From NCBI GenBank assembly GCA_049585815.1, contig JBAVAR010000011.1:4919-68918 (forward strand): DNA of 64,000 bases, in the 5' to 3' direction. The number at the start of each line of letters is the position of its first letter. The first letter of the stretch is position 1. Of this stretch, positions 38,501 through 45,643 are shown piece after piece. Under the pieces are notes generated by a model that ran no database searches, was not told where the DNA came from, and saw nothing but the letters and a program-made list of their open reading frames with translations. A program made the translations under genes and the position numbers. This DNA comes from Solirubrobacterales bacterium. Its GTDB lineage: Bacteria; Actinomycetota; Thermoleophilia; Solirubrobacterales; 70-9.

Positions 38501-40113
38501 CCCAGTTCGTCGCAGTTGACAACTCCGGCGGGCCCTCCGACGGCGACGTCTACGTCGTCAACCGCAATGAACAGGTGATTCGCAAGTACGACTCCGAAGG
38601 CAACCTGGTGACCAGCTGGCAGAACAATGGCGTTTTCGATCCCAGTTTGGCGCACGAAATCGCCGGCATTGCTGTGGGAGGCCCGGAAAATGCTCTCTAC
38701 GTCGCGATCGACGAAGAAGTCAACTCCGGGGAAAACCGGATATTCGAGTACGACGAAAACGGCAACCAGCTCGCGTCAACTTCAAATGTTGAAAAGGCTC
38801 CGGAACCGATCGGAATCGCGGTCGACTCGCAAGGGAATGTCTTCTACGAGGGCTACGGCGTGGTCATGCGCTGGCAGAAGGGCAAAGGATCGACTGAAAT
38901 CGCTGGCGGCACTTACAACTCGCCGCCGCCGACGGGACTCGCTGTCAATCCGAGCACTGGCACTCTCTACGTGAGCTACGGCGGCCAAGAAATCTCGCGC
39001 TACGCGTTCAGCTCAGAAGGAAAGGTGATCGAACCGAGTGGCGAATGTGCGTCCCGCTGCGAACCAACGTCGACCTTTGGCGCCGGCGAAGTCTCGAACG
39101 CGAGCGGCATGTTCGTCGACCCCACCCGCGGCGAACTGTACGTCGACGAGGGCAACAAGATCATCCGCTTCCTCGGAACTGGCACCCGTGCCCCCGGGCC
39201 GGATGTTGGGGTCAAGAAGATCAACAACTCATCCTCGGTTGCGCTCAGCTCCTCCACCGATCTCTATGCAACTAACGCCGGCTCCGAAGGTGCCGACGTG
39301 GCGGCGTTCGGCCCGATCCGCCTGGCCCCCGATCCCCGCACCGACAATCCGCTCGTGCTCGACTCCGTGAACGAAGCAGGATCCCGGCGCACCGGTGATT
39401 TCCAGATCACACCGAATGGAGACAAGGCGGTCTTCCTCTCGACGATCGCCTACACCGGTCACGTGACCGGTCGGCGGGAGGAGGTGTTTCTCTCCGAATC
39501 GACGGGCGGGACGCTCGATTGCGTCTCCTGCAATCCGACGAATGCCCAGGCGCTCGGCGGGGCCTCGCTCGCCCGTGACGGGCTCAGCCTGACCGATGAA
39601 GGGAGGGTGTTTTTCAACTCGACCGATGTCCTCTCCCCCCGTGACTTGGATAACCGCGAAGACGTCTATGAGTGGGAGAACGGCAAGACCAGCCTGATTT
39701 CCACCGGCCTCAGTCCCTTCAACTCCACGCTGTTGACGGCGAGCGCTAACGGCAAGGATGCATTCTTCTTCACACGGGACACTCTGGTTCCCCAGGATCA
39801 GAACGGCAGCCTCGTAAAGCTCTACGACGCTCGCGAAGGTGGCGGCTTTCCCTATACGCCGCCGCCGGTGAGTTGCAAAGCGTCCGACGAGTGCCACGGT
39901 CCCGGTACGCAGGCAGCTCCGGCACCGGCCGTCAACTCGATCACCGGCACCGGTGGAAATCACGTGCAATCGACCCACGCGCTGAAGTGCCGACACGGGC
40001 AGGTTAAGCGGCACGGCCGCTGCGTCAGGCAGCACAGGCGCGGCCACCTCCGCCATCACCGGCGCGCCAAGAGCAAGCGAGATGGCGGGCAAAGCACGGG
40101 GGGGAGGCGATGA
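35578..40113 (+). CDS. Giant secreted protein A2 (1511 aa), function unknown. Paralogue of A1 with an extra internal NHL-like propeller block.
   Basis: GTG 35578 (SD GGGGAGAGGGA, GTGA overlap with the B1 stop). The alternative ATG 35611 gives MRVAILGACLAAGVSLLAAGPAEA. Blocks shared with A1: SCPNAHVRQQTSAALLPDCRAYELVS, NPPR..YVATRGEEGWS, LDCVSCNPTNAQ, DEGRVFFNSTDVLSPRDLDNREDVYEW, LYDAREGGGFPYTPPPVSCKASDECHGPG. The tail is LKCRHGQVKRHGRCVRQHRRGHLRHHRRAKSKRDGGQSTGGRR. Confidence 0.85.
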   Translation: MTCTGSTIGRRMRVAILGACLAAGVSLLAAGPAEAVQWTPHSYEKSISGWSGGGRSVAVDQQSGDFYIATIEPGLRIYKFNAQGEPSAFSALGGASYIQVTSEEVCSCSEARVVVDNSGGSDQGRIYVISSWRDKTWAFEPSGTPVGGAFPIDSSEGELAISPTTGNFFVTGTPLLERAYEYNHAGEKTGNYVDLSTWGSTDMVLSPTGNWYTYHGYQEPRGILKQNASGELIEHLYSQFSEAFNINSKSGNVLSAREEEIAEFDPNGNELPRFEYESEGEAKAVAVNAVNNYIYVLKNYGGNELSIYAPGAPVTAPSAENESPTNIKGTSMTLHASVEPEGVTTTECAFEFTTTEEYGYIDYEEHRVPCEQGKAISGSSSTPVSAMITGLTQGATYHTRLDVGNANGEFHTRDAKVIPSEPPVIESPYIDSVHTDSVEFHAEITPEGAPTTFHVLYGTANCAAEPEACSQTPETSSIGNGLLPIAVSAHVTGLKPGTTYHYIIVATNQSATVESTNGTFTTFPYTPVLEDSCPNAHVRQQTSAALLPDCRAYELVSAGRAGGYDVESFLNAEQEPFGGYPYAENPPRALYGVHDGAIPGSGHPTNHGLDPYVATRGEEGWSTSYVGIPANLPYSTESFASPLAGADSSLDTFAFGGPGLCSPCFADGTTGVPVTLPNGSLVQGMAGSEQPGAGASASMLVKKPLSSDGRHLIFGSDSEFEAGAGSPAIYDRNLTTDVTHAVSKLPGGGSIPCLMDCSSDGLAELDVSSDGSRIVIGQLISKDAAGNRYWHLYMNIGDSGQTIDLTPGATEGALYDGMTADGSMVYFTTKNQLTGQDTDSSADIYRADVTTSGANLSLVSIGSGGSGNSESCEPLGDSQNEHWNSVQSTPNCDAVAVGGGGGVAAADGSIYFLSPELLDGGVEPTDGVANQPNLYISRPGSPPSFVATLESSATGPTPPLEEHRFAKYFGPSSNTQFVAVDNSGGPSDGDVYVVNRNEQVIRKYDSEGNLVTSWQNNGVFDPSLAHEIAGIAVGGPENALYVAIDEEVNSGENRIFEYDENGNQLASTSNVEKAPEPIGIAVDSQGNVFYEGYGVVMRWQKGKGSTEIAGGTYNSPPPTGLAVNPSTGTLYVSYGGQEISRYAFSSEGKVIEPSGECASRCEPTSTFGAGEVSNASGMFVDPTRGELYVDEGNKIIRFLGTGTRAPGPDVGVKKINNSSSVALSSSTDLYATNAGSEGADVAAFGPIRLAPDPRTDNPLVLDSVNEAGSRRTGDFQITPNGDKAVFLSTIAYTGHVTGRREEVFLSESTGGTLDCVSCNPTNAQALGGASLARDGLSLTDEGRVFFNSTDVLSPRDLDNREDVYEWENGKTSLISTGLSPFNSTLLTASANGKDAFFFTRDTLVPQDQNGSLVKLYDAREGGGFPYTPPPVSCKASDECHGPGTQAAPAPAVNSITGTGGNHVQSTHALKCRHGQVKRHGRCVRQHRRGHLRHHRRAKSKRDGGQSTGGRR

Positions 40114-42926
40114 TGGCAGCTGGATCGACCAGGGAGCTCCGCCGCGCCGGGGCGACCGCGAGGTCACTACATCCGCGAGCGCCCCGTATCCTGCGCGTGC
40201 TCAGCCTCACGATTGGTCTCTCGCTGCTGCTGGTCGGCTTCACTGTCGGCACCGCACAGGCGACCGAGCGGATCGAATCATTCTCGACCACCACCTCGAC
40301 GACGCAGGCGGGGGGGCACCCGGATCTACACACCTCGTTTTCGCTCAACAGTCCGGGACTCCCTGAGGCCGCGGAAAACGTGACCGTCGAAACTCCGCAG
40401 GGCGTGTTCGGCAACCCGAACGCGATTTCGCAGTGCGCCTCGGTGGTCTTCGCTGACGAGGAATGCGCCCCCGCGTCCCAGGCGGGTGTGATCACGGTGT
40501 ACGCCCGCTATGAAGGCGATCCGAATTTTCTCCTGGGTACTGCGCCGATCTATGATCTTGTGCCGTCTGAAGGCGAAACGGCGCTGTTCGGCTTCATCGT
40601 ACCGATTCTGAACATCCCGATCCAGATCCCGGTCGCGGTGCGAACGGACAGCGACTACGGATTGCGCTTCAAGGTATCCGAGATCACCCAGGTCACGCCG
40701 CTGTCGGCGGCGAATCTCACCTTCTGGGGCTTTCCAGCGGAAGCAAGTCACGAATCCGAACGCTTTCCGCGGGGAGCCAGCGGGCTACCGGCCGGGTGTG
40801 CCGGGTTGGCGAACACGAGCTGCCTCGCCAACCCCACTCCGGTCTACATCGCGATCCATCCGCTCACCGATAATCCGACGACCTGCAATGGGCAGTCACT
40901 GATGACCACACTCAAAGTGCAGACCTATCAGGATCCCAATCACGAATCGGAAGCGCACGACGAATATCCCGCGACGACCGGGTGCGAAAAAGAGCTGTTC
41001 AAGCCGCTCCTGTACTCGCAGCCCACGAGCACCACCACCGATTCTCCCTCTGGCCTCGACATCACGCTTTCCGATACCCAGTTCCTCGGCTTCGCCGTCT
41101 CCCCTTCGGAGATCCGCGAATCAACGGTCGTTCTTCCGGCCGGCCTGACGATTAATCCGGACGCAGCCGACGGTCAGACGGCATGCACTGATGCCGAGGC
41201 GAACTTCGAAAGCGAAGCCGCCGCATCCTGCCCTGACAGCTCGAAGATCGGCACTGTCGCGCTGCACACTCCCGCCCTCGCCGGGCCGCTCGAGGGCTCG
41301 GTCTACATGGGCGAACCGAAGCCGAACGACCAGTACCGCCTGTTCATGGTGGTCGACGGCTTCGGTCTCCACGCCAAGCTTGTCGGCTCGGTCAGGCCTG
41401 ATCCTGTCACCGGGCAGGTGTCTGTCCACTTCGAAGATCTGCCCCAGGTTCCCTTCAACGAATTTGACCTTCATCTGTTCTCCTCCGACCGGGGCCTGAT
41501 GGCGACGCCGACTGTCTGCACGATCTACAACACGGAAGCGACCTTCGTGCCGTGGAACAATCTTTTGCCGACGGCCAGTTCGAGTCAGGTCTTCGGCCTC
41601 ACCGCCGGTCCCAACGGTGGGCCCTGTCCGGGAATAATCCGTCCGTTCCATCCGACCTTGGCCGCGGGAACCACTCACTCACTTGCCGGCGGCTTCTCCA
41701 GCTTCTCGCTGAAGTTGAACCGCGAAGACGGCGACCAGTACCTCGGCAAGTTGAACTTCACCATGCCTCCAGGCCTCACCGCCAACCTGCACGGCGTCAC
41801 CTACTGCCCCGAATCCGACATCACAGCTGCCGCCAACACCCTCGGCAAGGTCGAGCAGGCCGATCCCAGCTGCCCGGCCTCCAGCGAAATTGGCACTTCC
41901 AACGTCGCCGCTGGACCCGGATCGCACCCCTTCCACGCGGTGGGCAAGATCTACCTCTCCGGGCCTTTCCAGGGCGCTCCCCTCAGTCTGGTCGCGATCA
42001 CTCCCGCTCTCGCCGGTCCCTATGACTACGGCACGGTGGTTGTTCGTGTGGCCCTCCACATCGATCAGCGGGATGCGCACGTGGTTGCCGACTCCGAAAC
42101 GGTTCCCTCGATCATCGGCGGCATCCCGCTGCGGATGCGCGAAATCAGGGTCAACATCGAACGTCCAAACTTTATGATCAATCCGACAAACTGTTCGCCG
42201 TTCTCGGTCGCCTCACAGGGCATCGGCGACCAGGGAACGGTCGCCAACTTCAGCTCCTACTTCCACGTCAACGACTGCTCGACCCTCCCCTTCAACCCGA
42301 AGATGACGGTCACCCAGCTCGGTGGCCATAGGTTCACCGCCCGCGGCAAGGACCCTGCCCTGCAGTTTGACCTCAACACCACCGAAGGCGACGCCAACCT
42401 CAAATCTGTCTCGGTGACGCTGCCAAAGGCCTTTGAGATCGATCAGCGCCACCTCGGCAACCTCTGCTCCCGCTCCCAGCTTGAAAAAGAACACTGCGCC
42501 GGGCGCCAGCCGATCGGCTTCGTCAAAGACGAAACGCCGCTGCTCGAAAAGCCGCTCGAAGGCCCCGCCTACGCGGTCTCCGGTTTCTCCAATGGCAAAA
42601 ACGTCCTGCCCCACATCGCCTTCATCCTCGGCGGCCAGGTCACCGTCGTGCCCCAGGCCGAATCGATGACGCTTGGAGGCGGACGCCTCAAAACTACGGT
42701 CCCGGTGATCCCCGACGTGCCGATCGGCCACTTTCGCTTCACCCTGCTCAGTGGCGCTCAGGGCTACGTCTCAAACACCGAAAGCCTCTGCGCCGCCGAT
42801 CCGGTGATCGCCGTGCAGCTGAACGGCCAAAACGGCAAGTCGATCACCCAGCAGGTGAAGACGAGGACCGCCTGCAGGGCAAAGAAGCAACACAAGCGCA
42901 AGGCAAGGCGCCACCGCCGGCGCTGA
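40110..42926 (+). CDS. Secreted four-module protein B2 (938 aa), function unknown. Paralogue of B1.
   Basis: ATGA overlap with the A2 stop (40110-40113), SD GGGAGG. It has a hydrophobic N-terminal segment RILRVLSLTIGLSLLLVGFTVGTAQA. The mature N-terminus is ..FSTTTSTTQAGGHPDLHT. It is collinear with B1 throughout, for example VVLPAGLTINPDAADGQTACTDAEANFESEAAASCPDSSKIGTVALHTPALAGPLEGSVYMG. The tail is KTRTACRAKKQHKRKARRHRRR. Confidence 0.85.
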   Translation: MMAAGSTRELRRAGATARSLHPRAPRILRVLSLTIGLSLLLVGFTVGTAQATERIESFSTTTSTTQAGGHPDLHTSFSLNSPGLPEAAENVTVETPQGVFGNPNAISQCASVVFADEECAPASQAGVITVYARYEGDPNFLLGTAPIYDLVPSEGETALFGFIVPILNIPIQIPVAVRTDSDYGLRFKVSEITQVTPLSAANLTFWGFPAEASHESERFPRGASGLPAGCAGLANTSCLANPTPVYIAIHPLTDNPTTCNGQSLMTTLKVQTYQDPNHESEAHDEYPATTGCEKELFKPLLYSQPTSTTTDSPSGLDITLSDTQFLGFAVSPSEIRESTVVLPAGLTINPDAADGQTACTDAEANFESEAAASCPDSSKIGTVALHTPALAGPLEGSVYMGEPKPNDQYRLFMVVDGFGLHAKLVGSVRPDPVTGQVSVHFEDLPQVPFNEFDLHLFSSDRGLMATPTVCTIYNTEATFVPWNNLLPTASSSQVFGLTAGPNGGPCPGIIRPFHPTLAAGTTHSLAGGFSSFSLKLNREDGDQYLGKLNFTMPPGLTANLHGVTYCPESDITAAANTLGKVEQADPSCPASSEIGTSNVAAGPGSHPFHAVGKIYLSGPFQGAPLSLVAITPALAGPYDYGTVVVRVALHIDQRDAHVVADSETVPSIIGGIPLRMREIRVNIERPNFMINPTNCSPFSVASQGIGDQGTVANFSSYFHVNDCSTLPFNPKMTVTQLGGHRFTARGKDPALQFDLNTTEGDANLKSVSVTLPKAFEIDQRHLGNLCSRSQLEKEHCAGRQPIGFVKDETPLLEKPLEGPAYAVSGFSNGKNVLPHIAFILGGQVTVVPQAESMTLGGGRLKTTVPVIPDVPIGHFRFTLLSGAQGYVSNTESLCAADPVIAVQLNGQNGKSITQQVKTRTACRAKKQHKRKARRHRRR

Positions 42927-43023
42927 GCAGAGGGGCAAAGCGAACCTTTGAGCGTCAAAGCGGGTTTCAGCTGCTGGGACTCGCAAGCAATGAAAAGCCA
43001 GCGAGCAAGGAGCTAGAACACAG

Positions 43024-43653
43024 ATGAAGGCAAAGCTGAAGGGCAAGCTGACCTACGCCAACGTGGTCTCCACGCTGTGCCTGTTCGTGCTCTTGGGGGG
43101 AAGCGCCTACGCGGCCCTGAAGATCCCCCGCAACTCGGTCGGCACCCGCCAGCTGCAGGCAAAGTCGGTGACCAACGGCAAGCTCGCAAACGGCGCCGTC
43201 AACGGCGCCAAAATCGCCGAAGGATCGATCACCGGCCAAAACATCAACCTCTCTGCCCTTGGCACCGTGCCCAATGCCGCCAACGCAGTCTCCGCCCAAA
43301 ACGCCAACACCGTCGATGAACACTCGGCCTCCTGCCCCCAGGGAGCGACTCTGATCAGGGGCCTTTGCTTTGACGCCCAGCCCAACCCAGCGGTCTCAAC
43401 GGTCAAGGAAGCAGCCGACGATTGCGCCGCCAAGGGCGGCTACCTGCCCTCCCCGCTTGAGCTCTACTCGGTACGCGGCGTGCTCAACCTGGGCACAGGC
43501 GTCGGCTCTGATCATCAATACACCGATGAGTTCTACGGCAATACCAACGGCACCAACTACCGCACCGTCGTCGTCGACGGGACCGGGGCGATCAGTGAGT
43601 CTGAAATCAACGCCCCCTCCAAATACACCTGCGTTTATCCGCTGGTGCGGTAG
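43024..43653 (+). CDS. N-terminally anchored/secreted protein with short V/I-x-(T/N)-x-K/Q-(L/I) tail-fibre-like repeats and a Cys-containing C-terminal globular domain (possibly C-type-lectin/DUF1566-like)
   Basis: SD AAGGAG. The N-terminus is MKAKLKGKLTYANVVSTLCLFVLLGGSAYAA. The repeats read LKIPRNSVGTRQLQAKSVTNGKLANGAVNGAKIAEGSITGQNINLSALG. The C-terminal domain reads ...CPQGATLIRGLCFDA...VKEAADDCAAKGGYLPSPLELYSV...KYTCVYPLVR. The fold assignment is tentative. Confidence 0.7.
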   Translation: MKAKLKGKLTYANVVSTLCLFVLLGGSAYAALKIPRNSVGTRQLQAKSVTNGKLANGAVNGAKIAEGSITGQNINLSALGTVPNAANAVSAQNANTVDEHSASCPQGATLIRGLCFDAQPNPAVSTVKEAADDCAAKGGYLPSPLELYSVRGVLNLGTGVGSDHQYTDEFYGNTNGTNYRTVVVDGTGAISESEINAPSKYTCVYPLVR

Positions 43654-43989
43654 GACGGCTCGGTAGGCGTTTTGAGGCGCCATCGCCGGAGGAAGTTCAG
43701 CTGCGAATCCAGCTGACGCGCTTCCCCGGCTGGCGATGATCGAGGAAGCAAGTTGACAGCCCCAAGGCAGCCAAGGGAGACCTCCCAACTCTCCGCGCCG
43801 GGTCCGCTCCCGGTTTCTAGCCCACCCCAAGTAGATCTGCCCCTCCTAGGTTTACGGCCTGGGGACAGAGGTCCGGGTCCTATCCTCGGCGTAAGCCCCT
43901 ACCGTGAGGAGCGAAATTGATGAGGAACAAGGTGCATGACCTGGCTGCTAGTGGCGACTATGTTTCACTCCGAGGAGAGACGGACTGAG

Positions 43990-44754
43990 ATGCCCAAGAA
44001 GACGGTGATTGCTTTCACGCTGGCCTTGGTGGCGCTTGCGCTTGCCACCTCCGCCTATGCCCTGAAGCTGACAGCAGGGCAGATCGTGATCGAGGCCGAA
44101 GGCGGCTTTGCCCCCTCAGCACTGCCCAAACACGAAAACGCCCCGATCACCCTGCACGGAGGTGGCAGCGTCTCGACCCTCTCCGGCGCCCTGCCGCCAA
44201 TTCTGAGGACGATCACGATCGACTTCGATCGCCACGGCTCGGTCCAGACCACTGGCCTTGAAGTATGCACCTCCGCAAAATTGCAGGCGACGACCACTGC
44301 GGCCGCCCGCCACAACTGCCCCGGCGCGATTGTCGGTGAGGGCGCGGGCACCGCGACCATCGCTTTCCCCGAATCGGTCCCCTTCAGCCTCACCTCGCCC
44401 ATCACGATCTTCAACGGCCCCAAAGTTCACGGCGATGACACCGTGCTCGCCCACGCCTACCTCTCCTCTCCCGTCTCGACCACCTTCATCGTCCCAATCG
44501 TGATCGAACGGATCCACGACGGCGTCTACGGCTATCGCACCAAGGGCACGATTCCCACGATCGCCGGCGGATCCGGCATCCCAATCTCTGGCCACCTCAA
44601 GATCGGCCGGACGTGGACCTACCGGGGCAAGCACTACTCCTACGTCAATGCCCGCTGCGAAACGGGCCACCTCCAGGCTCGCGGCGAATTCGAATTCAAA
44701 GACGGCACCTTCCTTGAGGGGGACTTCCTCAAACCCTGCCGGGTTCGGGGGTAG
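43990..44754 (+). CDS. Secreted protein equivalent to a single copy of the B1/B2 module (254 aa)
   Basis: ATG 43990 follows gaggagag. Signal peptide MPKKTVIAFTLALVALALATSAYA. The stretch ...LEVCTSAKLQATTTAAARHNCPGAIVGEGAGTATIAFPESVPFSLTSPITIFNGP...IPISGHLKIGRTW...VNARC follows the same order of elements (C-x-CP-x-(I/V)G ... IFN.(E/G)P ... terminal C) as the first B module (KCSAADFADQECPPETQIGAAVISIN...RIAIFNLEP). Confidence 0.7.
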   Translation: MPKKTVIAFTLALVALALATSAYALKLTAGQIVIEAEGGFAPSALPKHENAPITLHGGGSVSTLSGALPPILRTITIDFDRHGSVQTTGLEVCTSAKLQATTTAAARHNCPGAIVGEGAGTATIAFPESVPFSLTSPITIFNGPKVHGDDTVLAHAYLSSPVSTTFIVPIVIERIHDGVYGYRTKGTIPTIAGGSGIPISGHLKIGRTWTYRGKHYSYVNARCETGHLQARGEFEFKDGTFLEGDFLKPCRVRG

Positions 44755-45120
44755 CGACCGCACCGCGGTTGGGACTGTCCGTGACTCCAACCGGTGGGTT
44801 CCGACCCGCGTGAACCTAAACTCCTCAGGGTCTTAGGATATTTCCGAGCCGAGCGCCAACCCCGGCTACCGAGCAGGCGAGTGCTACCCCTTCGTTCTTA
44901 ACGGTGAGCCGCACAGGAGTCGATGCCTCTAAAACGCAGTGCTCTGTATGCCACAGGCACGATCTGGCAGCCAGAGGCGCATTCCCTGGTCCATAGTGCC
45001 TGCAGTCTCCGGCGCTGTTTCCTCTGGAATAGCTCTTCAACCCCGTTGTTTGCGTGGACCCTGGACGCACTGGTTTGGATCGCGACGAAGATCGCCGGAG
45101 CCGGGTAATCTTTACGGTAG

Positions 45121-45594
45121 ATGGCTTCGGTTGAAGTGCAAGGCGTTGACGGGATGCAGGCATTGCTTGGGCGACAGATTGGGCCAAGCGGATGGCGCAC
45201 GGTCACCCAAGGAGATATCGACTCCTTCGCCGATATATCTGGCGATCACCAATGGATCCATGTTGACGTCGAGCGGTCTCGATCCGAGAGCCCCTTTGGG
45301 ACCACGGTGGCCCACGGCAACCTCACCCTGTCACTCGTTGATGGGTTCCGTGGCGAACTGATCGACGCTAGCGGTTTCGCACTCGGTGTCAACTACGGAT
45401 GGGACAAGATTAGATTTCCGGCCCCGGTTCCGGTTGATGCCAGGGTTCGCGCATGCGCCGAGGTTGTCTCGGTTGAGGAGAAGGGTGGCGGCTGGTGGCA
45501 GATTGTCACTCGTTTCACCCTCGAGGTTGACGACAGCGATAAGCCCTGTTTTGTTGGCGACTCCGTCACTCGCGTCTTGGTGCCCGCTGACTGA
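45121..45594 (+). CDS. MaoC-like (R)-specific enoyl-CoA hydratase/dehydratase
   Basis: ...ITQGDIDSFADISGDHQWIHVDVERSRSESPFGTTVAHGNLTLSLV... is the hot-dog MaoC motif (D.NP/QWIH.D...A....F...IAHG). Confidence 0.85.
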   Translation: MASVEVQGVDGMQALLGRQIGPSGWRTVTQGDIDSFADISGDHQWIHVDVERSRSESPFGTTVAHGNLTLSLVDGFRGELIDASGFALGVNYGWDKIRFPAPVPVDARVRACAEVVSVEEKGGGWWQIVTRFTLEVDDSDKPCFVGDSVTRVLVPAD

Positions 45595-45643
45595 CCGGCT
45601 CAATCAATATTGCCCTAAAAGGGCGGTGAATAGGCGCTGAGGA

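Noticed and set aside
37639-38655. Long antisense or off-frame ORFs sit inside the big genes. Examples are 37639..38655 (-) 338 aa, 39229..40167 (-) 312 aa, 13840..14955 (+) 371 aa, 26625..27794 (+) 389 aa, 32801..33604 (-) 267 aa and 61160..61981 (-) 273 aa.
   Set aside because: These are typical high-G+C shadow ORFs. Their translations are Arg/Gly/Ala/Pro-rich with no motifs, and each lies entirely inside a gene with clear family signatures on the other strand or frame.
44755-45120. In the 365-nt spacer after the operon I noted the hairpin CGGTTGG-N14-CCAACCG (44766-44793), a possible terminator. I also noted ORFs 44825..45187 and 44898..45206 (-).
   Set aside because: The hairpin has a large loop and no U-tract, so I did not list it as a terminator. 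The ORFs have no coding signal.
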